NCBI GenBank assembly: GCA_017962275.1
Contig: JAGCVQ010000089.1
Location: 62-64,061, forward strand
Origin: Bacteroidales bacterium
Lineage (GTDB): Bacteria > Bacteroidota > Bacteroidia > Bacteroidales > WCHB1-69
Direction: 5' to 3'
DNA length: 64,000 bases
Numbering within the stretch: the first letter of the stretch is position 1; every line of letters begins with the position of its first letter. The position numbers and the translations under genes were made by a program. The notes beneath the pieces were generated by a model, which saw only the letters and a list, made by a program, of their open reading frames with translations, did no database searches and was not told the origin of the DNA. Below are positions 42,194-51,800 of the stretch, one piece after another.

Positions 42194-42913
42194 TTACATG
42201 TTCTCGACCTCGTCGAAGGCATCGTCCGCCATGGTAGCGTAAAGCTCGTTGCGCTCAGACTGGGGCATGGCGGCCTCCTCCTCGATGTGCGACATACGGT
42301 AGTCGTGGATGCGGGAGAACAGGCCCATGCGGGTGCTGCTGTCTTTGCACATGGCACTTTTCGCTCCTTCGGCCGAGTAGTCGAAATTGCGGGCGTTGCG
42401 GATGGAGAGGGTGAAAGCCACCTCAATCGAGTCTTGGTTGGCGCCCATGTAGGTGAAGGTCCAGCCTTGACCGCGCAGCTCTTCCACGAGCCTCTTCACC
42501 GTATGCCCTGAATACTCCTTCGAGGCGTTCTCCAATCCGTCGGTGATGATGGTGACCACCACCATGGTGTCGCTCAGACCGGCCACATGTTTGCGGATGT
42601 CGGTGAGGGTGAAACCCATCGCGTCATAGAGGGGCGTGCAGCAACAGGGTTGATACTCCTCGTAGTCGAGCGGAAGTGCTTCGGCCACAGGCGTTTTGTC
42701 GTACAGTTTGCGCATTTCGCAGCTGCAGAAGGCCACTAAGGAGATGTAGTGCTGCTGCGTCTCGGAGAATTTCTCTTGAGCTTTTTGGATGCCGGCCAGG
42801 GTCTCGTTGAACCCATCGACCGCCGCCCTGCGGATAGAACTCATGGAACCGCTTTTGTCCAGGATCACCACGTTGTAAACCTGGGTCTTCTCTTTCATTC
42901 CGTCGTTGTTCAT
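42194..42913 (-). CDS. Cytoplasmic von Willebrand factor A (vWA) domain protein
   Basis: The MIDAS motif is VILDKSGSMSS, followed by VVTIITDGLENAS. I place the start at ATG 42913 (MNNDGMKEK). The upstream extension in the track is hydrophobic junk. Confidence 0.7.
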   Translation of the reverse strand: MNNDGMKEKTQVYNVVILDKSGSMSSIRRAAVDGFNETLAGIQKAQEKFSETQQHYISLVAFCSCEMRKLYDKTPVAEALPLDYEEYQPCCCTPLYDAMGFTLTDIRKHVAGLSDTMVVVTIITDGLENASKEYSGHTVKRLVEELRGQGWTFTYMGANQDSIEVAFTLSIRNARNFDYSAEGAKSAMCKDSSTRMGLFSRIHDYRMSHIEEEAAMPQSERNELYATMADDAFDEVENM

Positions 42914-42992
42914 AATTCTACAATTTTTGATGATTACTACGGATATAGAGGACCCTGTTTTGCGAAATCTATCACCTACTTGAAAAAAATTG

Positions 42993-43000
42993 TATTTTTG
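42993..43000 (+). promoter_or_regulatory. -7 box TATTTTTG, cstA
   Basis: The context is AAAAAAATTGTATTTTTGCCGCC. A 78-nt leader, made mostly of the 9-unit heptamer array, precedes the ATG. Confidence 0.75.
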
Positions 43001-43013
43001 CCGCCAGCTTATT

Positions 43014-43076
43014 AGGCAAGAGGCAAGAGGCAAAAGGCATAAGTCAAAACTCAAAAGTCATAAATCATAAGTCAAA
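43014..43076. repeat. Heptamer array, 9 units (AGKCAWR), inside the cstA 5' leader
   Basis: The units are AGGCAAG x2, AGGCAAA, AGGCATA, AGTCAAA, ACTCAAA, AGTCATA, AATCATA, AGTCAAA. The array lies between the -7 box (42993-43000) and ATG 43079. Confidence 0.9.
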
Positions 43077-43078
43077 AT

Positions 43079-44509
43079 ATGGTAACATTCTGTATCGCAT
43101 TAGTACTGCTCATTTTAGGATATCTGTTCTACGGACGCCTCGTGGAACGCGTGTTTGGAATCGACGAAAACCGTCCGACGCCGGCGCAGACGATGGCCGA
43201 CGGTGTGGATTACGTGCCGATGAAGCCGTGGAAACTCTTCCTCATCCAATTTCTGAACATCGCGGGCGTGGGCCCGATCTGCGGTGCCATCATGGGGGCG
43301 CAGTTCGGCACGGCCTCCTACCTCTGGATCGTCTTCGGCTGCATCTTCGGAGGCGCGGTCCATGATTATATGTCGGGCATGATCTCCCTCCGCGACAACG
43401 GCTGTTCGCTGCCGGAGACCCACGGCAAGTACCTCGGCAACGGGGTCAAACAGTTCATGCGCGGCTTTATGGTGCTGCTGATGGTGCTGGTCGGCGTGGT
43501 CTTCGTGAACACCCCCGCACAACTGCTGCAATCGCAGTTCACCCCCAATATGAGCGTCTATATTTGGGTGGTTATCATTCTTGCTTACTATTTGATAGCC
43601 ACATTGTTACCTATTGATAAGGTCATCGGCCGCATCTATCCTATTTTCGGTTTTCTGCTGATGGGCATGGCGGTGGCCATCGTGGTCGCTTTCGCCATCT
43701 ACCGTCCCGAAATCCCCGAAATCTGGAGCGGTCTGCAGAACCGTCACCCGCAGGCGGCGACGAATCCCATCTTCCCGATGATGTTCATCAGCATCGCGTG
43801 CGGTGCGGTGTCGGGATTTCACGCCACCCAATCGACCCTCGTGGCTCGCTGCATGACCAACGAGCGTCAAGGCCGCCATATCTTCTACGGCGCCATGATT
43901 GTGGAAGGTATCGTTGCCTTGATCTGGGCTGCGGCTGCGGCTTACTTCTACCACTCTGACGCGGCGTTGCAGGCCAAGAGCGGTCCCGCGATGGTGGGCC
44001 ATATCGCCAACACCTGGTTCCCGACAGTCATCGCGGTCATCACGGTTCTGGGTGTCATCAGCGCGGCGGTCACTTCCGGCGATACGGCATTGCGCTCCGC
44101 CCGACTCATCGTGGCTGACTTTATGCATCTGGAACAGAAAAGCATCAGCAAACGGTTGTGGATCGCCATTCCGCTGTTTGTGGTCACGGGCGGACTGCTC
44201 GTCTTCAGTCTCGCCGCTCCGTCCGGTTTCCAAGTAATCTGGCAGTATTTCTCCTGGGCTAACCAACTGCTTGCCGCTTTCACGCTGTGGGCGGTCACGG
44301 TCTATCTGCGCCGCGCCAACACGAAACCGTATTACTGGATGGCGCTGATTCCGGCCCTCTTCATGACGATGGTCACGGTGAGCTTCGTTTTCGTGTCACC
44401 CACCTTCCTCGGCGCGTTCATTCCGCGTGCATTGGGTTACGTCCTCGCCGCAATCTGCACCGTTGGTACGGCCGTGTTGTTTTTCCGCAAAGGCCAAAAA
44501 GATTCTTAG
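43079..44509 (+). CDS. cstA: Carbon starvation protein CstA-family transporter
   Basis: It contains FLIQFLNIAGVGPICGAIMGAQFG and GGAVHDYMSG within a polytopic 476-aa protein. Confidence 0.88.
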   Translation: MVTFCIALVLLILGYLFYGRLVERVFGIDENRPTPAQTMADGVDYVPMKPWKLFLIQFLNIAGVGPICGAIMGAQFGTASYLWIVFGCIFGGAVHDYMSGMISLRDNGCSLPETHGKYLGNGVKQFMRGFMVLLMVLVGVVFVNTPAQLLQSQFTPNMSVYIWVVIILAYYLIATLLPIDKVIGRIYPIFGFLLMGMAVAIVVAFAIYRPEIPEIWSGLQNRHPQAATNPIFPMMFISIACGAVSGFHATQSTLVARCMTNERQGRHIFYGAMIVEGIVALIWAAAAAYFYHSDAALQAKSGPAMVGHIANTWFPTVIAVITVLGVISAAVTSGDTALRSARLIVADFMHLEQKSISKRLWIAIPLFVVTGGLLVFSLAAPSGFQVIWQYFSWANQLLAAFTLWAVTVYLRRANTKPYYWMALIPALFMTMVTVSFVFVSPTFLGAFIPRALGYVLAAICTVGTAVLFFRKGQKDS

Positions 44510-44519
44510 CCTATAGCTC

Positions 44520-44568
44520 CCACGTCTCACGTCCCACTTCCCACGTCTCACGTCCCACGTCTTACATC
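44520..44568. repeat. Heptamer array, 7 units (YCACGTC)
   Basis: The units are CCACGTC TCACGTC CCACTTC CCACGTC TCACGTC CCACGTC TTACATC. The M1-peptidase stop (44562-44564) lies in the last unit. Confidence 0.85.
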
Positions 44569-46868
44569 TTCACAAACATCGTGCGGGCAACGGATTTCCC
44601 TTTGTGATACAGCACGATGACGTAATTGCCTGCGGGTAACCCATATATGTTGATTTCTTGCTGGTCGCTGTTGATTCTCAGCGTCTTAACCTTATGCCCG
44701 AGCGAGTCGAAAACAACGGCTTTGTCTGTTCGGGTGGCGTCGGTCTTCAGTGTGAGCGTACTGTTGGCCGGATTGGGATAGACATTCAGACGAACGCCGT
44801 CGAGGGAGTTTACGGAGACTCCGGCATCGGCGACGGCAAAGCAGTATTGGCCCGGTTGCAGGTCGAGGGTGGTCAGCGTTGAGTTGTAGAGAGTGCCTGT
44901 GCGGTTAAAAGGCACGGGCGTCCAGGCTGAATGGCCGTCAGGACGGTACATCAGCTTCAGATTGTCGAAGTCGTATCCGCCGTCAAACAGGTGCTCGTCA
45001 AGCTGGTTGGAACCGCGCATCAGTTTGAACTTCCACACGCCATCAATCGGAGAGCCAGCGTAATTCACTGACCAATAATGATTTGTTGAGTACTTGTAGT
45101 AGCCTTCGGGCAGTGGGTCGGGGGCTGTCGGGGCGACGTAATGGTGCTCAACCCGTATGAGTGCCGTGTCCGCCACTTGACTTAGATTCGCGCTGCAATA
45201 GGTGTCGGTGAAGGTTACATTGCCCGTTGCCGTGACCTTTTTCGAGGCATCAATGGTGGCTTTGTTCAGTTTGCCATGGTAGTCGAGAATGATAAATACC
45301 GGCGTGAACGGTGACAGCACCATCAACTCGGTCGTATCTCCGCTAACCATCTGATTCTCATTTGTGTACATCTCCATGTCGGCGGAGACGAACGTCACAT
45401 CGACGGGAACATTGGTGCCCAAGTGGTTTGTGCCGTAACCTTTCTGGCGGATCTTCACAGCGAAAATCCCGCAGCCGTGCGAAATAATGTCCTCCACCTC
45501 AAAGTCCAGGTATCCGGGTTGGTGGATCCAGTCTTCGTAGAAATCCATCAGATTCATGCCGGAAACTTGACTCAAGTAAGTAAAAAACTGCTCTGAATTA
45601 ACATTTTGGTAAGCATAATGGCTCAAAAGTTGTGTCAGACTGCTGAAAAAGAGCGAATCGCCCATATAATTGCGCAACGTGTGGACGACCTGGCCTCCCT
45701 TCTGATAAGAGTGCATCCCGTAGGTGTGGTCTTGCGGCACGTTGTCGAGGGCATAGAGGCCGCCGTCCTGCTTGGCGAGGTTCATCAAAGTGTTGTCGTG
45801 TTCGCTTTTGATATGCTTGGCGTATGCGTTGTAAGTGTCTGTGTTATAGAGCCATTCCTGCACCATCGCCTCGGAGTAGTCGGCAAAGCCTTCGTTGATC
45901 CACATCTCTTCGGGCCGCTCGCAGGTGATGAGATCGCCGAACCAGTGGTGGAAGAGCTCGTGCATGATGGTGCCCTCGTAGTTGAGGGTTCCGTTGACCG
46001 CCGCGTTGGGGATGGCGATGTTGGTGGCATGCTCCATAGCTCCGCCAGTGGCCGCTACACTCACGTAACCAACTCTGGGCCAGCGGTATGGACCGAAATT
46101 CTCCTCATACTTACGCAGCACATCCTTGAGGTGTACGAAGGAGGCCGCGACGTTGGGATGAAGCGACGGGGAGGTGTAGATTTCGATGGGTATGATTTTC
46201 TCAACCCCATGGAAGGTGTCTGCATAGCAGCTGAAGTCTCCCACGGCGATGGAGGCCAGATAGGTCGGAATAGCTTCCTCTAACTGCCAGGACCACAGCA
46301 TGGTGCTGTCCGCCAGCTGCAGCGAATCGGTCAGCAGACCGTTGCAGATACCCCGTTTGCCGTTCTCCGTGCGGATGTGGAAGCTGTAGCTCGACTTGTC
46401 GGTGAACTCGTCCAAGCAGGGGAACCACACGCGGCCGTAGGAGTGCGGGGTGGCCTCCAACGCAACGCCGTAGTTGTATGCGTACTGGCCGTTGAAGTAG
46501 AACCCGCCGAAGTAGTTGTCGTGGGCGGGCGTTCCGTGGTAGTGTACTCGGATTGCCGCTGTGTCGCCGGTCTGCATCGCCGGCACGGTCACGAGCAGCG
46601 ATTCCCCGACGTGCGAAAAAGTGGCCGCCGCACCGTTGACGAATATGGAGTCGGCAATCAACGCCTTCAGGTCGAGGCGCACCTGCGTGAGGTTGTTGAC
46701 TTTCGCCACGGCGGTGATGTCCGTGTAGCCGTCAATGGTGTGACCGGTGAAATCCACGACCGAAAGGTTGAGGTCGTAGTGCGCCACATGTACGGAGTCC
46801 GTGCGTTGCTGGGCGTTTGCTGCCGCCAGGAGGATGAGGGCGGCGAGGGTGAGGGTGATTTGTTTCAT
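44562..46868 (-). CDS. M1-family zinc aminopeptidase with a T9SS C-terminal sorting domain
   Basis: GGAMEHATN matches the GxMEN motif and HELFHHWFGDLIT...WINEGFADY matches HExxH-x18-E. The C-terminus (LNVYPNPANSTLTL...GNYVIVLY) is the sorting domain. Confidence 0.88.
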   Translation of the reverse strand: MKQITLTLAALILLAAANAQQRTDSVHVAHYDLNLSVVDFTGHTIDGYTDITAVAKVNNLTQVRLDLKALIADSIFVNGAAATFSHVGESLLVTVPAMQTGDTAAIRVHYHGTPAHDNYFGGFYFNGQYAYNYGVALEATPHSYGRVWFPCLDEFTDKSSYSFHIRTENGKRGICNGLLTDSLQLADSTMLWSWQLEEAIPTYLASIAVGDFSCYADTFHGVEKIIPIEIYTSPSLHPNVAASFVHLKDVLRKYEENFGPYRWPRVGYVSVAATGGAMEHATNIAIPNAAVNGTLNYEGTIMHELFHHWFGDLITCERPEEMWINEGFADYSEAMVQEWLYNTDTYNAYAKHIKSEHDNTLMNLAKQDGGLYALDNVPQDHTYGMHSYQKGGQVVHTLRNYMGDSLFFSSLTQLLSHYAYQNVNSEQFFTYLSQVSGMNLMDFYEDWIHQPGYLDFEVEDIISHGCGIFAVKIRQKGYGTNHLGTNVPVDVTFVSADMEMYTNENQMVSGDTTELMVLSPFTPVFIILDYHGKLNKATIDASKKVTATGNVTFTDTYCSANLSQVADTALIRVEHHYVAPTAPDPLPEGYYKYSTNHYWSVNYAGSPIDGVWKFKLMRGSNQLDEHLFDGGYDFDNLKLMYRPDGHSAWTPVPFNRTGTLYNSTLTTLDLQPGQYCFAVADAGVSVNSLDGVRLNVYPNPANSTLTLKTDATRTDKAVVFDSLGHKVKTLRINSDQQEINIYGLPAGNYVIVLYHKGKSVARTMFVKM

Positions 46869-46963
46869 ATTTACTTAAGTTTCGCAAGCTCGATTCGCGA
46901 GCATGATTGAACAAATTTAATAAAAAAGTGGCATAGATACTTGCATAATTAACTGAAATTCAG

Positions 46964-46971
46964 TATTTTTG
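46964..46971 (+). promoter_or_regulatory. Possible orphan -7 box TATTTTTG
   Basis: The context is TTCAGTATTTTTGTGG, with no A-tract and no downstream ORF. Confidence 0.3.
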
Positions 46972-47012
46972 TGGTGTCAAATAACAAAAAAGCCAATCGT
47001 TATGCCAGGTCG

Positions 47013-47020
47013 CAAAAATA
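47013..47020 (-). promoter_or_regulatory. -7 box TATTTTTG, M1 peptidase
   Basis: The reverse complement reads ATATTGTATTTTTGCGACC. It lies 144 nt upstream of the ATG. Confidence 0.55.
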
Positions 47021-47204
47021 CAATATAAATCGTTGAAGTGGGAACTTTTTTCAAAAAACAGCCATGATACTGAAAAGTTAAATGTTAAAAACTGTCTCGC
47101 CTGTTGTCCATTTGTTTGAATAACAACAGGTTAAGGATAGCATTTCCCGATTGATTTTACCTAAAGTGCTGTCTACCAAGCCTTCACGTGCTGTTTCTTG
47201 CTGA

Positions 47205-47270
47205 TTTCAGCAAGGTTTCAGCAAGAAACCAGCAAGGAGACAGCAAGGGAACAGAAAGGGGACAGCAAGA
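47205..47270. repeat. 11-mer array, 6 units (nnnCAGCAAGr)
   Basis: The units are TTTCAGCAAGG TTTCAGCAAGA AACCAGCAAGG AGACAGCAAGG GAACAGAAAGG GGACAGCAAGA. The array is preceded by the inverted CTTGCTG. Confidence 0.8.
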
Positions 47271-47280
47271 AAATTACAGT

Positions 47281-47316
47281 TTAATCCTTCATTTAATCCT
47301 TCATTTAATCCTTCAT
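47281..47316. repeat. 12-mer array, 3 units (TTAATCCTTCAT)
   Basis: The three copies are exact. On the minus strand each unit reads ATGAAGGATTAA (M-K-D-stop). The array begins 4 nt after the TolC stop. Confidence 0.9.
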
Positions 47317-47319
47317 TTT

Positions 47320-48663
47320 TTAGTGGGAGCTTGTCAGCGTTTTATAGTGTTCGGCCTTGATTTTCAGGTCGATGAGAGCGTCGGTGCGTTGGTTTTGGGC
47401 TTGGAGGAGGAGGGTCTGCGCCTCGAGGAGGTCGGAGACGGGGACGAGGCCTGCATCGAAATTGGATTTCGTGTCGGCGAGGTTGGATTCGGCGCTTCGG
47501 ACGGAGGATTCCGCCAATGTCACCTGACTTTTCGCCTCTTCGACGTTGCACCACGCCTGACGGGTTTCCAGCTCCATCTTGGCCACGTAATCGGCGCGTT
47601 CGTTCTCGGCCTTCTGGATGAGGAAGTTCTGCTGCCGGATTTTGTGCGCGGTTTCCCACCAACTGGTCAGTGGTATCTGCAACGTGGTGAATGCCAATGC
47701 ATTGGCGGAAAAGTGGTCGAAAACGAGGTTGCCGTAGGAAGCGGTGCCGCCGATGGTGAGATGCGGAAGCGTTTCCCCTAATGCCATTTTTTTCTTCAAC
47801 TCTTCGGCACTGACCTGCAAATCCAGCAGCTGGCTCTCTTTTCTGCGTCGTACAGCGTCCGCAAAATCCGCTTCAGGCGAAGCCGTTGATCCTGTTTCGT
47901 TGGAAACCGTGTCCGTAAGAATCAGATTTTCACTGTATTCCATTCCTATCATCTGACACAACAGCATGGTGGAAAGGGTGATGCCGTTGTTTACCTTCAG
48001 CATGTTGGAGCGCATCTCGTTCTGCTTGAGTTCCACCTTCAGGATGTCATTCCGAGTCACCAGCCCGGCTTCCGCTGCGGCGGTCACATCACGGTGCAAC
48101 GTGTCTAAAAAGGAGATCGCTTGGCGCAAGGTTTTCCGTTTTTCGATGAGCGAGACGGTTTGCCAGTAAGTCTCTTCTACCTGCTGTGTTATCTGGTCTT
48201 CCGTGAGTTGCGCTTTCAGTTCGGCGGCTTCCACCCCCACTTTCGCCAGCTTGTTGCCGTTCACGATCTGCCCGCCCATATAGACCGGCTGTACGACCAT
48301 CGCGCCGGCCATCACGCCGTTTTCACAAAGTGTAATCCGGTCGGGCAGTCCTATCGCCGCACCATATTCGTAATAAAGATTATGCAACCACTGACGGGCA
48401 TTGGCGTTCTCGATGTCGTCGATACCATACTCGAACAGCGGATTTGCCGCGTAATAGCCGCCAGCCATCACACTCACGTTGGGAAAGTACTTCGTGAACG
48501 CCTGCTTCTTGACCTCCTGCGCCGCCGCCACGTCCAACGCGGCGTTCTTCACGGCGGCGTTGTTCCGCAGGGCGAGGACCTTGCAGGAGTCCAATGTGAG
48601 GCTCTGCGCGTACATCGCCGCACATCCCAACATGATGGCTATGATTGTTATCGTTTTTTTCAT
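47320..48663 (-). CDS. TolC-family outer-membrane efflux channel
   Basis: 447 aa, with a signal peptide and duplicated OEP repeats. It is the last gene of the RND operon. Confidence 0.85.
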   Translation of the reverse strand: MKKTITIIAIMLGCAAMYAQSLTLDSCKVLALRNNAAVKNAALDVAAAQEVKKQAFTKYFPNVSVMAGGYYAANPLFEYGIDDIENANARQWLHNLYYEYGAAIGLPDRITLCENGVMAGAMVVQPVYMGGQIVNGNKLAKVGVEAAELKAQLTEDQITQQVEETYWQTVSLIEKRKTLRQAISFLDTLHRDVTAAAEAGLVTRNDILKVELKQNEMRSNMLKVNNGITLSTMLLCQMIGMEYSENLILTDTVSNETGSTASPEADFADAVRRRKESQLLDLQVSAEELKKKMALGETLPHLTIGGTASYGNLVFDHFSANALAFTTLQIPLTSWWETAHKIRQQNFLIQKAENERADYVAKMELETRQAWCNVEEAKSQVTLAESSVRSAESNLADTKSNFDAGLVPVSDLLEAQTLLLQAQNQRTDALIDLKIKAEHYKTLTSSH

Positions 48664-48700
48664 CGTATTATCGTCTTATCCCTCAGGGTTTCTTCTTGGA

Positions 48701-48783
48701 GGCCCCACACTGCGCTCCTTCGTCGCTTGTGTGGGGTTATTAGCACTCCGTGCGTTTTGCCTCTCCGAGGCTGCTTAAGGAAT
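48701..48783 (-). repeat. Structured intercistronic element, copy A (RND-TolC junction)
   Basis: The sequence is GGCCCCACAC...GTGTGGGGTT-ATTAGCACTCCGTGC-GTTTT-GCCTCTCCGAGGC-TGCTTAAGGAAT. It forms three hairpins and is nearly identical to copy B outside the loops. Confidence 0.75.
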
Positions 48784-48813
48784 ATTTTAATATAAACATT
48801 ACGTTTCGAACAT

Positions 48814-48862
48814 TTCACTACTAACTGCTAATTACTAATTACAAATTACAAATTACTAATTG
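48814..48862. repeat. Heptamer array, 7 units (CTAAYTR)
   Basis: The units are TTCACTA CTAACTG CTAATTA CTAATTA CAAATTA CAAATTA CTAATTG. The RND stop (48856-48858) lies in the last unit. Confidence 0.85.
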
Positions 48863-51800
48863 CTTTTGAAGATTTGCCAATACGCCACCGGCAGCACCGT
48901 GACCACCAGCGGCAAGGAGAAGATGGTGCCGAAGCAGATGACCACGCCCATGGGCATCCAGAGGTTGGTGTGCGCCACGATCATCGGCATCACGCCCAAT
49001 GCGGTGGTGGCGGAGGTGAGGAAAATCGGGCGCATACGGCGGCGGCCCGCTTCGAAGGCGGCCTCGCGGGCGCTCTTGCGGCGGTTGCGACGCAAGTCCT
49101 CCGCATACTCGAACATGATGATGGCATTGCGCACGATGATGCCGATCAAGCTCACCACACCCAGTACCGCCGTGATGCTGAAGTCGAGACCGAAAATCCA
49201 GAGACCGAGACACGCGCCGAAGACACAGATCAGACTGGCGGACAGGGTGAGGAACACGATGTCCAACCGCCCGAAATGATAGAGCAGGAAGACGAACAGC
49301 ACCAGCACGGCGGCTAAGAAGCTGAGCGCGATTTCCGGAATCACCATGCCGTTGATGCCGGTCAGACCGCCGTAGGTAACGTCCACATTGTCAGCGATAT
49401 TCGGTTTCAGTTCCTCGTTAATGTAACGGTCGATCTTCTTCATCACGTCGGGTTGACTGTAGCCGAAGTTGAGATCCGCACCAACTGTAACGGTGCGGAC
49501 ACTGTTGCGACGGTTGATGACGGCATCGTGCCATTCGGGACTGATGTCGGCGACCTGTCGCAGCGGCACCCAAGTGCCTGGCACAGAGGTCGGTATCAGG
49601 AAGTCCTCCAACCCTTGGTAGTCCAACGTGTCACCGCCTTTCTGGGTGTAGAGCGTCACCGGCACCTTATAGTCTCCCTCCCAGACGTTGGTGAGATTCT
49701 GCCCGCCGAGTGCGGAGGAGAGGTACAGAGACAACATGCTTTGCGTAACCCCGAGACGCGTGGCTTCATCGCTTTTCAGGGTGATGCCGATGTCCTGCGA
49801 GGTCTCGTCCATGTTGGAATGCACCCATGTGAGCTCCGGCAGCGTGTGCAGGTAACGCTTCAGCGAGTCGGCAGCCGATTTCATCGCATCGAAGTCGTCA
49901 CCGGAGAAACGCACCTCCACAGGGTTGCTTACGGCCTGATAATCAATTTGTTTGAAACGAATATAGGCATTCGGGAAATGGTACTCGTATTTTGGACCAT
50001 ATTCGCGAATGAGCCTCAGCGTATTTTTCTCGGAAGTGGTGTTGACGATGAACTGGGCGTAATTCTTGTGCGCCATCTGCGGGGCGTAGGTGGCGTGGAA
50101 ACGCGGCGAGGAACAGCCGATGAAAGAGGTAACTGAGGTCACCCTCGGGTCGGCGCGAAGCACGTGCTCCATGCTGTCGGCCACGGCTTCGGTCTGCGCC
50201 AGCGTACTTCCTTCCGCAAGGTGCATCTCCACGGCGAAACAGTTGCGGTCGGCCTTCGGCAGCATTTGGATCTGCAGCCGGGTGAACAGGAACCCGCCGA
50301 GCGTGATGGCGCTGACGGCCAGCAGGATGACGACGGCAGGGTGTCGGAAGCAGTGGGTCAGCACCTCGTCGTAACGCTCTTGCAGGAACACGAAGAAACG
50401 GTTCTGCGCAGCTTCAAACCGGTTCGGCGCGATACCGTCCTTGTTGCGCTTGATGAAAACCGTTGACAGATAAGGAATTACCCATACGGCGTAGAAGATG
50501 GAGCAGACCAGCGCGAACAGGACTGTCCAGGGGAACAGCTGCACGAAATCGCCCAACGGTCCCGTGATGATGTGCGTCATCGGGAAGAACATGCCCGAAA
50601 TCGCCAAGGTGGCCAACGACATCGGAACGAACAGGGCTTTGGTGCTGTAAAGCGCTGAATACCAACGAGAATAACCTCGTTGTAAATAGTCGGTATAGCC
50701 ATCGATGACGATGACGGAATCATCCACAATCATACCCAACACCACGATGAGCGCGGCGAGGGTGACAGTGTTCAGCTCGATGCCGAAAATGTACATCAGC
50801 CCCATGGTGACGGCAGTGCAGACAGGCACGCTGGAACCCGACACCAAGGCGGTGCGCAGCGGGAAAAGCAGCAGCATCACCGCGATGACCACGAGGATGG
50901 AGAAGAGCAGGTCGCGCAGGAACGACATCACCGATTTGTTGACCACGTAGGGCTGGTTGGTGATCTTGTGCATATCAACGTCCGGCGGCAGGGTGCTCTT
51001 GCACTTCTCAATCTCCTTTTCCACCTTCTTGCCGAAGGCCACGATGTTGTTGCCGGGTGCCATCTCCATGGAAATCAGCACGGTGGAAGTTCCGTTGTAT
51101 TTGATATAGTTCTTGGGCTTGGCGTAGCGGCGTTCGATGGTGGCGATGTCGCGCAGACGCACGTGATGTCCCATCGGGTCGGTAAAGACAATCTGCTCAC
51201 CGATCTCATATTCAGACTGATACGGTATGGAGATATGGACTTCTGCCTCGCCGGCCTCGTTCTCCACGCTGCCGCCCACGGTGCGTATTCCTTGCGTGGC
51301 CAGTTCCACTAAAAGTGCTCTTTGGCTGATGCCGTACGCCGCTAATTTCTCCTGATCCACCAACACGGCGATTTCCTCGTTCTGCTGGCCCAAAATCTTG
51401 ATGTTGCCCATCTCGGGGATTGAACGCAGCCGGTCGCAAAGCCGCTCGGCATAATCTTCCAGCTCGCGCGGGGTCCTTTCGGGCGATTCCACGGTCAGCA
51501 ACATGGAGGAGGTGTTGCCGAAATCATCCACGACCACGATTTCCAAAACGCCTGCGGGCAGCGAGGTCTTCTTGAACAGTTGCAGCCCGTGGCGGATCTT
51601 CGACCACGCGCCGTCCTTGTCTTTTACCGACACGCGCAGCTCCGCATACACATACACGATGCCGTTCTCCGTCACCGAATAGGTTTTCTCCTTGTCGATC
51701 TCGGCGTAGGTGAAGAGGAACCGCTCCAATGGCTTGGTGACTTGCTCCTCCACCTCCTGGGCCGTCGCGCCGGGATAAACTGCCGCTACCACGCCCTGTC

